Part shown: positions 24,228 through 34,019 of the stretch, piece by piece
Layout of the letters: each line of letters begins with the position of its first letter
Position numbering within the stretch: the stretch's first letter is position 1
Source: Candidatus Woesearchaeota archaeon
GTDB lineage: Archaea > Nanobdellota > Nanobdellia > SCGC-AAA011-G17 > GW2011-AR18
DNA: 36,063 nucleotides
Direction of reading: 5' to 3'
Assembly: GCA_964395935.1 (NCBI GenBank)
Contig: CAYNBR010000003.1
Coordinates: forward strand, 1-36,063
The notes under the pieces: generated by a model
Told to the model about the DNA's origin: nothing
Databases searched by the model: none
The model's input: only the letters and a program-made list of their open reading frames with translations
Translations under genes and position numbers: made by a program

Positions 24228-27017
24228 ATGAGTGAAGGAACTTTAGAAAATAGGAAAGAGAAATTATTTAATTTTTTCAAATTAAAAGTTGAATGGTTAC
24301 AATATGTTGTACTTGCAGTTATTGTATGGGCTGGTTGGATTATAAGAGTACAACCTATAAACAAATTAATAGATGTTACAACTGGTAAATATATTTCTCT
24401 TGAATTGGATTCAACCTTATTTTTAAGATATGCTGAATATATTGCTGAACATGGGAAGCTATTCTTAATAGATTCACTCAGATATTTTCCCAGAGGTGCG
24501 AACATAGATATTACTATTTTTTCATCTTATTTTGTAGGTTATATATATAGAATTTTGCATGCTTTAGGATTTAGTGGGAGCGTTGCTTTAGTTAATGATT
24601 ACTATCCTTTAATTGTTACTGCCATAATGAGTATATTTTTATTCTTATTAATAAGAAAGATGTTTGAATGGAAGACTGCAGCATTAACTGTTCTACTGAT
24701 TAATGTGCTTCCATCTTTTTTATTTAGAAGTATGGGTGGAAGTTCAGACCACGATATCTTAGGAATGATGTTTCTTGTTATGGCATTTTACTTTTATTTA
24801 TTGGCTTTAGAAGCTAAAAAAATCAAATTTAATATATTATTTGGATTCATAGCAGGAGTAATTGCTGTTCTTGGATTAATGACTGCCGGTTCTATTAACT
24901 TCTTTTTTATGACTGCTTCTGTTTTTATATTGATTGAAATAGTTCTCAATAGATTAACAAAAAATGATTTTGTAGTATTAACTTCTTTTTTGCTTACTTT
25001 CACATTGTTGCTTATTGGCATGAATAGAAACTCATTAACAGGGCTAATTGCTTCATTTACTACTGGATTATTTTATTTAGATTTTATTGTCGGTTTATTC
25101 TATTTGTATATAATAAAAACTTCAAAATTTTCAAAACTACTTGAAAAATATAATAAATTAAAAAATATTCCAATAGGATTGCTATCTTTATTATTTGGAT
25201 TAATCTCCTCCTTTTTTCTAACTTTAATATTATTTGGTTCCGGTTTTCTTAGTGAGAGAATTGCCGCATTCTCGCAGACTTTGTTTAAGTCTTTTTCATT
25301 GACTAGGTGGGTATTAACAGTAGCCGAAAACAGACAACCCTATGTTCAAGATTGGTTTGGACAATACGGCACAATTATTGTTTATGCTTTCATACTTGGA
25401 GCAATACTCCTATTCTACGATGCAATAAAAAATTCAAAAAGAGCTAAATATTTAACTTTAAGTTATACTATTTTTATATTTCTTTACATATTTTCTAGAT
25501 ACTCGGGAAGTAGTATATTGAATGGTACTTCAGGATTGTCTCACTTTCTATTTTTTGGTTCTTTAATTACATTCTCTTTATTTATTTTGATATATTATTT
25601 TTATATATATAATAAAGAAAGAGATGAATTTGATGCTCTAACTAAATTTGATAAAAAACATATTCTTATATTGGTTTTTTCACTTGTTATGATTCTTATA
25701 GCTACTTCTGCTATTAGATTCTTGTTTGAATTTACACTCCCAATAGTAATCTTAGCTTCTTATTTTATAGTCTATATTGTTGAATATCTGTATCATTCAA
25801 AGAATAAAAACTTATTATTTTTTGCCTCATTTGTTTTGGCGTTTTTCTTTGTAAAGGAAACTATGAAATTGAGCGGGATTATAGAATTTTTATTATTTTT
25901 ATTAATTACTGGGGGTGTAGCTTATTTTGTTTATTCTAAAAAACAACTTAATTATGCAAGTTATGCCTGTATCATTATAATACTTTTAATGTTATTCTCA
26001 CCATTTGCTTTTGCTAAAGGAGTTGTTACTAATTATTATCAGGTTAGTTATGACAATGCAAAATTCTCTGGCCCGGGGTATAATCAACAATGGCAATATG
26101 CAGGTAAATGGGTGAGAGAAAATACTCCTAAGGAGGCAGTATTTGCACACTGGTGGGATTATGGTTATTGGGTACAAAGTGGTTTTGAAAGAGCAACTGT
26201 TACAGATGGTGGAAATTTCTTTGGATGGTGGAATTACTTAATGGGTAGGAATGTATTAACTGCACAAACTGATGAAGAGTCACTAGGTTATTTATATGCG
26301 CATAATGTCACTCACTTATTAATGGTCTCAGATGAAATTGGGAAGTATTCTGCATATTCTTCTATAGGGAGCGATGCTGCTGGAGATAGGTTTTCTTATA
26401 TACCTACTTTTAGTTTAGATCCTAATACTATTAGAAAGACAAGGAATGAGACACTATACTACTTTACAGGGGGTTTTGCTTTAGATGAAGATCTTAATTA
26501 CAATGGTAAAATAATACCCAGAGGAGGGGCAGGTATTGCTGCAGTGGTTGTTCCAACTTACGAAATTGAGAATAATGGGAATAAATCTACTGCTTTCAGT
26601 CAACCTAGAGCAATTTTGATTTATCAGGGGCAGCAATATGAGCTGCCTATGAGGTGCTTTTATTTAGATCACTTATATACTTATAGTAATTATGCTTATG
26701 GTGGTTGTTTAAGAATTATTCCAGTTATACAAAATAATCAAGCAAATAACTTTGCAGCAGGATTATTTTTATCTCCCACTACTTCCCACAGTAATCTCGG
26801 TAGACTATACCTACTCAATGAGCCATCTGATTACTTTAAACTTATTTATGATGATACAAACTTAGGCGTGCCTTTATCGATATATAATGGCAATCTAATC
26901 GGACCAATAAGAATTTGGGGAGTTAATTACCCTAAAGATTTTAAACTTAGTAAGGAAGATATGGACTTTTATTTACAAACTTCCTATCCTGATCAATCTT
27001 TATTAAATCCAATTTAA
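24228..27017 (+). CDS. aglB: archaeal oligosaccharyltransferase, STT3 homolog
   Basis: 929 aa. ~13 N-terminal TM segments plus a C-terminal soluble domain. WWDYG at 26151..26165 (AHWWDYGYWV). Acidic motifs LELD (first loop) and SSDHD. DEIGK (DK-like) about 60 aa after WWDYG. Confidence 0.9.
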   Translation: MSEGTLENRKEKLFNFFKLKVEWLQYVVLAVIVWAGWIIRVQPINKLIDVTTGKYISLELDSTLFLRYAEYIAEHGKLFLIDSLRYFPRGANIDITIFSSYFVGYIYRILHALGFSGSVALVNDYYPLIVTAIMSIFLFLLIRKMFEWKTAALTVLLINVLPSFLFRSMGGSSDHDILGMMFLVMAFYFYLLALEAKKIKFNILFGFIAGVIAVLGLMTAGSINFFFMTASVFILIEIVLNRLTKNDFVVLTSFLLTFTLLLIGMNRNSLTGLIASFTTGLFYLDFIVGLFYLYIIKTSKFSKLLEKYNKLKNIPIGLLSLLFGLISSFFLTLILFGSGFLSERIAAFSQTLFKSFSLTRWVLTVAENRQPYVQDWFGQYGTIIVYAFILGAILLFYDAIKNSKRAKYLTLSYTIFIFLYIFSRYSGSSILNGTSGLSHFLFFGSLITFSLFILIYYFYIYNKERDEFDALTKFDKKHILILVFSLVMILIATSAIRFLFEFTLPIVILASYFIVYIVEYLYHSKNKNLLFFASFVLAFFFVKETMKLSGIIEFLLFLLITGGVAYFVYSKKQLNYASYACIIIILLMLFSPFAFAKGVVTNYYQVSYDNAKFSGPGYNQQWQYAGKWVRENTPKEAVFAHWWDYGYWVQSGFERATVTDGGNFFGWWNYLMGRNVLTAQTDEESLGYLYAHNVTHLLMVSDEIGKYSAYSSIGSDAAGDRFSYIPTFSLDPNTIRKTRNETLYYFTGGFALDEDLNYNGKIIPRGGAGIAAVVVPTYEIENNGNKSTAFSQPRAILIYQGQQYELPMRCFYLDHLYTYSNYAYGGCLRIIPVIQNNQANNFAAGLFLSPTTSHSNLGRLYLLNEPSDYFKLIYDDTNLGVPLSIYNGNLIGPIRIWGVNYPKDFKLSKEDMDFYLQTSYPDQSLLNPI

Positions 27018-27020
27018 AAT

Positions 27021-28508
27021 ATGGTTAAAAATTCAAATAAGAAAATTTTGTATTTATCTGTCTTTCTGTTATTAATTAATTTTATTTACAGATTGTTAAA
27101 TCAGTCTAAAATGTTGAAGTATTTTCCTGTTGATTATAATATAGATGGTGCTTCTTATATGGCCCAACTTTATTTTTTAAAAAATTGTGGATTCCATAAG
27201 ATTTGTTATTATTGGTATAATGGTTTTATCAATTTTTTACATAGTCCTCCAGGATGGTATCTATTTACTTTACCTATATTTGAAACTTTTAAATCAGTAA
27301 ATGTTGCAACATATTTAAGTATGCTGTTAATCTTTTTACTATTATTTATCATAATTTATTTTCTCTTTGGTTCTATAGGTCTGTCTAGATTTAAAAGAAT
27401 TGCTTTATTTATTTTCTTCTTCGGAAATGCTATCGCTGTAGGTAATTTTATTAAACTTATAAGGGTTCATGAACTCTTTGCCTGGATGAACTTTTTCCTT
27501 TTCTTTTTCTTAATTTACTATTTTAAAGATAGAAAAATTGATTGGAGGTATTGGCTTGTTGTGCCTTTCTATGCAATAATACTTTTATCATATCAAAGTG
27601 TTGGAGTAATTACTTCTTTATTGTTCTTATCCATTTTTTTGGTTAAAAATGGCAAGGAAAAATTAATTGTTTGCATTTCTGCTCTCCTCTCTTTGTTAGT
27701 CAGCGCTTTTTGGTGGCTACCAGCCATTCTCAAAATTAATGAGGGCGGTTTGAATACGTTACATCAGGCCACTTGGGTTTGGAGATTTGACACTTTAAAT
27801 TTTTATACTAATATTTTTGTCACAATAATCCCTTTAATTTTTTTTATTGTATTTTATTATTATATTAAAAATCTAAAGAGCAAATCTAAAGAATTATTAT
27901 TTTATTCACCCATATTATTTCTCGCTTTGATATTTTTCTTAAGACTGCACCCATTTATACCTATATTTAATAATATTTTTCCAGATCCGTATTTGATATT
28001 CTTCATATTTTTTATAATCTTTTGTTTTTTGAAAATCGATATCTCACTAATAAGATTTTCAAATTATGTTTCTTACATTTTACTATTTATAGTTCTCCTA
28101 AGCTTATCTTTTAATTTGTTTAGGACTCCCCTTTTTGTTGTCCCTGATCAGCCTTTGAACTTGCAGATAGAAGAAACTCTTAAAAATGTAGAAGGTTCTT
28201 TTTTGATGTTTGGATACTTTGGATCTAAAATAAATCCTAAAAATGTTTATTCTTATGCACCAACTAAATACAATCTCACAACAGCTTATGGTTGGTATCC
28301 TGAAGTAAAAAATGAAGTTTATTTTAAAGGTATTCAACTTTTAGATGGTTATTTTAATGATAATAATTGTAAAGGCTTTTTATCTGTTTTACATACTTAC
28401 AATGTGAGTAATATTATTAGTTTAAATGAGAACTGTGACTTCTTTAATAGGTGTAAATTAAAAGAAAAGGTTAAAAAAGATTCTGTTTGTTTATATGATG
28501 TGAATTGA
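27021..28508 (+). CDS. uncharacterised polytopic membrane protein, possible GT-C-fold glycosyltransferase
   Basis: 495 aa, ~11-13 TM. Acidic first loop PVDYNIDGASY right after TM1. YYWYNGFINFLHSPPGWYLF resembles the PTPS-related/GT-C membrane protein families (weak, from memory). 3-nt spacer after aglB. Confidence 0.45.
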   Translation: MVKNSNKKILYLSVFLLLINFIYRLLNQSKMLKYFPVDYNIDGASYMAQLYFLKNCGFHKICYYWYNGFINFLHSPPGWYLFTLPIFETFKSVNVATYLSMLLIFLLLFIIIYFLFGSIGLSRFKRIALFIFFFGNAIAVGNFIKLIRVHELFAWMNFFLFFFLIYYFKDRKIDWRYWLVVPFYAIILLSYQSVGVITSLLFLSIFLVKNGKEKLIVCISALLSLLVSAFWWLPAILKINEGGLNTLHQATWVWRFDTLNFYTNIFVTIIPLIFFIVFYYYIKNLKSKSKELLFYSPILFLALIFFLRLHPFIPIFNNIFPDPYLIFFIFFIIFCFLKIDISLIRFSNYVSYILLFIVLLSLSFNLFRTPLFVVPDQPLNLQIEETLKNVEGSFLMFGYFGSKINPKNVYSYAPTKYNLTTAYGWYPEVKNEVYFKGIQLLDGYFNDNNCKGFLSVLHTYNVSNIISLNENCDFFNRCKLKEKVKKDSVCLYDVN

Positions 28509-28509
28509 T

Positions 28510-29325
28510 TTGAAAAATCTTATATTAACTTTTGACTTGGAAGAGTTTGTAACTCCTGCTGAAATAGGTTTGAATATAGATAAAGCAATTCTATTTAATA
28601 TCTCGTTGCGTGGTTTTGATAATATAATAAATTTACTTGAAAAACATCCAAGAATAAAAGTTACTTTTTTTACTACAGTTGAGTTTGCTGAATATGCTGA
28701 AACTAAATTGAAAAAATTAATAAGTAAGGGTCATGAGCTCGCATTACATGGACTTTATCACAATACAAATATTTCAAAAATGAGTGAAAATGATGCGAGA
28801 ACTGAACTTTTACTAGCAAAAAATAAACTTGAAAGTTTATTTAAAATTAAAGTTACAGGATATAGGTCTCCACAAATGCGTCCGTTTAATTCAAAAATTC
28901 TTAAGGATATAGGGATTGAATATAATAGCTCGATGCATCCTACATATGTTCCTGGAAGGGATAATTATTTCTTTGAAAAAAGAAGTGCTTATTTTAATGA
29001 GATTTATCAAGTTCCAGTTTCAGTTACACCCTTAATTAGATTGCCATTTTCATGGATTTGGTTTAGAAATATGCCTTTAGTTTATTCAAAATTGTGTACT
29101 AAATTAACTTACTTGGATCAAAACTACGTAAATATATATTTTCATCCTTGGGACTTTTTTGATGTTGATAAAAATCCGTTTACTAATAAGATTATGAAAC
29201 TTATAATTAGGAATACAGGGAGTAAAATGATTCATAAATTTGATAAATATCTTGATTGGTGTGAAAATAATTTTAATTCTGTTACTATGGGGGAATATGT
29301 AAATGAGTGTAAGAAATTATTTTGA
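28510..29325 (+). CDS. polysaccharide deacetylase (CE4-like)
   Basis: 271 aa. TTG start 1 nt after the upstream stop, with no nearby in-frame ATG. ILTFDLEEF ... ELALHGLYH ... GYRSP are motifs of NodB/DUF3473-type deacetylases. Confidence 0.65.
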   Translation: MKNLILTFDLEEFVTPAEIGLNIDKAILFNISLRGFDNIINLLEKHPRIKVTFFTTVEFAEYAETKLKKLISKGHELALHGLYHNTNISKMSENDARTELLLAKNKLESLFKIKVTGYRSPQMRPFNSKILKDIGIEYNSSMHPTYVPGRDNYFFEKRSAYFNEIYQVPVSVTPLIRLPFSWIWFRNMPLVYSKLCTKLTYLDQNYVNIYFHPWDFFDVDKNPFTNKIMKLIIRNTGSKMIHKFDKYLDWCENNFNSVTMGEYVNECKKLF

Positions 29326-29914
29326 AAAAGTTTCAAATAATTACGATAATAAAAGAACTAAAGGATTATTCGGCACATTTGTAAACTTAATTTTGGTAAA
29401 TAAAGAAAGAGATTTATTAATCAAAAAATTAAATCCTCAAAAAAATGAGTTTATATTAGATGCCGGCTGTGGTAATGGCTATTATTCTAACCTCATGAAA
29501 AAATTTGGAGCAAATCCTCTCGGCATTGATATATCTCATGGTATGATTAAAAAATATAAATCTAAAAAATTGAATGGTGTTGTTGGCGATATTTTGTCTT
29601 TTAATTTTAAAAATAAATTTGATAAGGTGTTTTGTGCAGGTTTACTTGAATTTACAAATTTTCCCATTGAGACAATAAAAATATTCAATAAAATATTAAA
29701 AAATGATGGTACAATAGTAATTTTATTTCCGAGATTTAATCCCTTCGGTATGTTATATTTTATATATCATAAGTTAAATAACATAAATATCAAACTTTTT
29801 TCTAATAATTCTATTTCTTTAATGTGTCATCTATCTGGATTTGAAGTTGTTGATATAACTAGAGCTAATTTGCTCACAAAAATATTGGTAGCTAAAAAGC
29901 ATAGAAAACATTAA
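29303..29914 (+). CDS. class I SAM-dependent methyltransferase
   Basis: 203 aa. YFEKVSNNYD ... ILDAGCGNGYY (motif I) ... GIDIS ... DKVFCAGLLEF. 23-nt overlap with the deacetylase gene. Confidence 0.7.
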   Translation: MSVRNYFEKVSNNYDNKRTKGLFGTFVNLILVNKERDLLIKKLNPQKNEFILDAGCGNGYYSNLMKKFGANPLGIDISHGMIKKYKSKKLNGVVGDILSFNFKNKFDKVFCAGLLEFTNFPIETIKIFNKILKNDGTIVILFPRFNPFGMLYFIYHKLNNINIKLFSNNSISLMCHLSGFEVVDITRANLLTKILVAKKHRKH

Positions 29915-29938
29915 AAACTTACTTTAGATCTTTTATTT

Positions 29939-30634
29939 ATGATACAAGATCAAGACTATTTGTGGAAACTTGAGGAAAATGATTTTTGGCACAAGAATAA
30001 AGATAGGATATTAATAAAATTAGTAAAACCTGGAAAAGTTTTGGATATTGGTGCAGGTACTGGTTCTTTTACTTTAAAACTTGCTAAACTCGGGATGGAT
30101 GTTACTTATATTGATGCTTCAAAAAAGTATTATACAATTGCAAAAAAAAGAGCTAAAAATGAGAATCTAAGGCTTGGTTTTATAAATGGTTATTTTCCAT
30201 CTAAAAAAATTAAAGGGAAATTTGATAATATAATAATAAGTGGTTTTATAGAACATATTGAAGATGATCGTAAACTATTGACTGATATTTATAAATTATT
30301 AAATAATGGTGGTAGGATGATTTTGTTGACTTCAGCATATCCCTCTTTATATTCCAATTTTGATAGGAACGTCGGCCATTATAGGAGGTACTCTAAAATA
30401 GGATTAAGAACTAAAATGCAAATGGCTGGTTTCAATGTTAAGTTTTTAAAATATTGGGATATCTTGGGCATGCCTGTATTATTTATAACTAAACTTACAG
30501 GAAATGTCCCCATTAGTACTGATAAATTGAATAATAGAATCCTAAATTATTTATTGGATAGGTGGTTTATAATATTTGAAAATAAAATGTTATTGCCATT
30601 CGGGCTTGATTTAATTGCAATGGCTGAGAAGTAA
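29939..30634 (+). CDS. class I SAM-dependent methyltransferase
   Basis: 231 aa. VLDIGAGTGSFT (motif I), YIDAS, IIISGFIEHIEDD, GGRMILLT. Confidence 0.7.
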   Translation: MIQDQDYLWKLEENDFWHKNKDRILIKLVKPGKVLDIGAGTGSFTLKLAKLGMDVTYIDASKKYYTIAKKRAKNENLRLGFINGYFPSKKIKGKFDNIIISGFIEHIEDDRKLLTDIYKLLNNGGRMILLTSAYPSLYSNFDRNVGHYRRYSKIGLRTKMQMAGFNVKFLKYWDILGMPVLFITKLTGNVPISTDKLNNRILNYLLDRWFIIFENKMLLPFGLDLIAMAEK

Positions 30635-30676
30635 TACATAGAAACTTTTATAATAATCCAGTTTGTTTCTTTTTCT

Positions 30677-31429
30677 ATGGTTAAAAAAACTATTGAGTAC
30701 TCAATAATTATCCCAGCATATAATGAAGAAAAGATAATTGCAAGCACTATAGATCGAACATATGATTTTTTTAAAAAATCAAATGAAACTTTTGAGATTA
30801 TAGTTGCTAATGATGGTTCTAAAGATAATACAGTTAAAGTTGTTTTGGATAAATCGAAGAAGTATAAATCTTTGAGATTGGTAGATAATGCTGTAAATAT
30901 GGGCAGGGGTGCCGCGCTTAATAATGCCATTAGAAATTCTAAAGGAAATATTATTGTTTATATTGATGCAGATTTAGCTATAGACTTGGATTTATTTCCT
31001 AAACTCATTTCAGCTATTAAAGATGAAGATGTAGATATTGCTGTCGGGTCTAAACATTTATCAGATTCAATTGTAGACTATCCAAAATTAAGAAGAATTT
31101 TTAGTAAAGCTTATTCATCTTTGGCAAGATTACTTCTAGGCTCACACATCAGGGATTATCAATGCGGATTTAAAGCTTTTAAAAAAGATGTAATAATTGA
31201 TGTTATTCCTTATGTTAAATCACAGAAATGGTCTTGGGATACTGAAGTTTTAGTAAAAGCTCAATGGTTAGGATATAAGGTTAGAGAATTGCCTGCCAAA
31301 ATTGTGAATGTCTATGGGAGAGAGAGTAAAGTTCATTTAATTAAAGATATTAAAGATATGGGGGGTGAATTATTAAGATTGTTTAAAGAAAGAATTACCT
31401 TCAAATCTTCTAAGTCGAAGAAATTTTAA
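30677..31429 (+). CDS. GT2 dolichyl-phosphate hexose synthase-like glycosyltransferase (DPM1/GtrB/ArnC type)
   Basis: 250 aa. YSIIIPAYNEE, ANDGSKDNT, YIDADL, IRDYQCGFKAF, WSWDTEVL. Confidence 0.75.
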   Translation: MVKKTIEYSIIIPAYNEEKIIASTIDRTYDFFKKSNETFEIIVANDGSKDNTVKVVLDKSKKYKSLRLVDNAVNMGRGAALNNAIRNSKGNIIVYIDADLAIDLDLFPKLISAIKDEDVDIAVGSKHLSDSIVDYPKLRRIFSKAYSSLARLLLGSHIRDYQCGFKAFKKDVIIDVIPYVKSQKWSWDTEVLVKAQWLGYKVRELPAKIVNVYGRESKVHLIKDIKDMGGELLRLFKERITFKSSKSKKF

Positions 31430-31452
31430 ACCTTACTATTCATCTATTTCTT

Positions 31453-32988
31453 ATGGATAATAAGACTAAATACTTTATTTTGGCTCTTTTAGTATTAATT
31501 TCTTTTAGTATAAGACTATCTTGGATTAACCTTACGATTATGGAAGGGGATATGTTTAGAGATTTTGAAATTTCTGAAAGTATTTTACATGGTAATGTAC
31601 GTTATGTGGGTATTGGTTCTTTTGATCAAATAACAAATCAGCAGAGTTTTGGACCTATCATGTATTATATATTAGCAGTCGTATTTGCTATTTTTAAATC
31701 TCCTTTGTCTGCTGCGATACTTGTAGCAATATTAAATTCTTTAGCAGTTATTATTACCTTTTTTTTCTGTAGTAAATATTTTAATGATAAAATAGCTTAT
31801 ATTGCTTCATTTTTATATGCAGTTAATCCTTGGTCTGTTTATATATCGCATTCTCATTGGAATCCGTATTATTTGCCATTTTTTTCTGTTATATTTTTTT
31901 ATTTTTTATTTGGATTTGTTTTAGACCATAAAGATACTTATTTAATCTACTCTACTTTCCTATTGGCAATTATGCTTAATTTTCATTTAACCCCTCTGCT
32001 CTTCATACCACTATTAATTCTTTGCATAATCTTATTTAGAAGGGATACTAAATTTAAAATTCTATTATATTCTTTATTCTTTTTTTTACTCCCACTTTTA
32101 CCCTTTATTTATTATAATTTAAAAAATAATATTTTTTTGCTTAGTCCGCTTCTTTACGGTCTCGGAAGAAGTTATTCTGGAATATTTACGGGTTTTGTTC
32201 AATCTATTGGTATTCCTGTTATGTTAAGTACAAATTATCTTGGTAGTTATGTTTATGGTTCTAGTAATATTTTTGGTAATCAATTAATCGGATATTTATT
32301 TTTTATATTGACAATATTTATGGTTACTTTATTTATATTTTCATTTATTTTTTTATCCCTAAAAATAATTAAAAAGAAAAATTTTGACAATAAATATCTT
32401 TTGTTGCTTCTATGTTTTATTTTCATCCCAATACTACATTTTTTGAGATTTTCAGATGTAAGTCCACATTATTTTTTAATACTTTATCCTTTACAGTTTA
32501 TCATAATTGCAATATTTTTATCTTTCTTATACAAAAAGTATTTTACTAATTTTATTGGGATATTTAGATTATTATTTGTTTTATTTTTATTTCTTCAAAT
32601 ATTGAACATATTTTTATTATATAATTATGTTAATAAAAATGGTGCTACCAATATGGGTGAATTTAGTATACCATATAAAGACAAATTGGCAATTATAAAC
32701 TACCTAAAAGATGATTTAAAGGGTGAACAGTTAAATGTAATATTCTATAAAAATTCAAAGAGTTTTAAGTATTTATTTGATAAAAATTTTAATAATTTCA
32801 ATTATTATTTTTTGAATTCAACAGATAAAATTAAAAAAATTGATAGTGCTTACCTTATACTTGATAAAACCTCAATGCATAAACCTCAGCTTACAGAAGA
32901 AGAAAATGATTATTTTAATACCCTGACTAATAAGACCATTATAAATAGTGTTGAAATCTATAGGATTTCTAATGCGAAACCTTTTTAA
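31453..32988 (+). CDS. GT-C-fold membrane glycosyltransferase (ArnT/PMT, GT39/83-like)
   Basis: 511 aa, ~12 TM. Acidic first loop MEGDMFRDFE. C-terminal ~110-aa soluble region. Immediately downstream of a Dol-P-hexose synthase gene. Confidence 0.55.
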   Translation: MDNKTKYFILALLVLISFSIRLSWINLTIMEGDMFRDFEISESILHGNVRYVGIGSFDQITNQQSFGPIMYYILAVVFAIFKSPLSAAILVAILNSLAVIITFFFCSKYFNDKIAYIASFLYAVNPWSVYISHSHWNPYYLPFFSVIFFYFLFGFVLDHKDTYLIYSTFLLAIMLNFHLTPLLFIPLLILCIILFRRDTKFKILLYSLFFFLLPLLPFIYYNLKNNIFLLSPLLYGLGRSYSGIFTGFVQSIGIPVMLSTNYLGSYVYGSSNIFGNQLIGYLFFILTIFMVTLFIFSFIFLSLKIIKKKNFDNKYLLLLLCFIFIPILHFLRFSDVSPHYFLILYPLQFIIIAIFLSFLYKKYFTNFIGIFRLLFVLFLFLQILNIFLLYNYVNKNGATNMGEFSIPYKDKLAIINYLKDDLKGEQLNVIFYKNSKSFKYLFDKNFNNFNYYFLNSTDKIKKIDSAYLILDKTSMHKPQLTEEENDYFNTLTNKTIINSVEIYRISNAKPF

Positions 32989-33011
32989 TACGATTTTATT
33001 GTCTAAACTTT

Positions 33012-34019
33012 ATGATTTATATCACTCTATTATATGGCCTTATTAGTTTTTTGGCTGTTATTTTAGTAACTCCTTGGTTAATTAGATATTTAAGAAAAAT
33101 CGGAATTGTTGTAAAAGATCAGAATAAGAAAGATAAGCCCTTAGTCCCTATTTCTGGTGGTTTGGCTGTTCTATTCGGTATAATGGCGGGTATTTTGTTG
33201 TTTATTTTTAATCGTACATTTGTTTCTAAGGTTAATACAGGGTTGGTTATAAATGACAATACTTTGATGCTGATGTTTGCTGCCATGGTTTCATTATTTA
33301 TTATAACTCTTGTTGGATTTTTAGATGACTTAATTATTCAGAATGATAAAGAAAGTTCTGCAGGTTTAAAGCAATGGCAAAAACCATTATTAACTTTAAC
33401 TGCGGCAGTTCCTTTAATGGCTGTTAATGCCGGATCTACTACTGTAGGTTTGCCATTTTTTGGAGTTGTCGATTTAGGTATTATTTATCCACTAATTCTG
33501 ATTCCTCTTGGGGTAATTGGTGCGTCTAATATGGTTAATTTGCTTGCGGGATTTAATGGGTTAGAGGTCGGTATGGGTATTATCTATACCGGAATGCTTG
33601 GATTATATACTTATGTGAATGGCAGATATTTGGCTGCTTTAATTGCCCTTGTTACTTTCGGGGCATTAATTGCTTTTTACTTTTATAATAAATATCCTGC
33701 AAAAATACTTGCTGGGGATAGTTTGACTTATCTTTTAGGGGGAGTAATTGCGATAATTGCAATTTTAGGAAACGTTGAAAGAGCTGCTATAATTGCTTCT
33801 GTGCCATTTTTTATTGAGTTTGTATTAAAAGCAAGAAGTAAGTTTAAAGCAAAAAGTTATGGTTATTATGCAGATGGGAAAATTAAAAGCCACCATGAAC
33901 AAAAAATTTATTCATTACCTCATTTTTTAACTAGGACTGGTAAGTATACAGAAAAAGAAATTACATATGTCTTTATTTTGCTTGAGTTAATATTTGCGAG
34001 TTTGATATGGTTGATCTAA
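33012..34019 (+). CDS. aglH: UDP-GlcNAc:dolichyl-phosphate GlcNAc-1-phosphate transferase (MraY/WecA/ALG7 family)
   Basis: 335 aa, ~10 TM. VGFLDDL, NMVNLLAGFNGLEVG and AGDSLTYLLGG are signature motifs of polyprenyl-phosphate N-acetylhexosamine-1-P transferases. Confidence 0.8.
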   Translation: MIYITLLYGLISFLAVILVTPWLIRYLRKIGIVVKDQNKKDKPLVPISGGLAVLFGIMAGILLFIFNRTFVSKVNTGLVINDNTLMLMFAAMVSLFIITLVGFLDDLIIQNDKESSAGLKQWQKPLLTLTAAVPLMAVNAGSTTVGLPFFGVVDLGIIYPLILIPLGVIGASNMVNLLAGFNGLEVGMGIIYTGMLGLYTYVNGRYLAALIALVTFGALIAFYFYNKYPAKILAGDSLTYLLGGVIAIIAILGNVERAAIIASVPFFIEFVLKARSKFKAKSYGYYADGKIKSHHEQKIYSLPHFLTRTGKYTEKEITYVFILLELIFASLIWLI

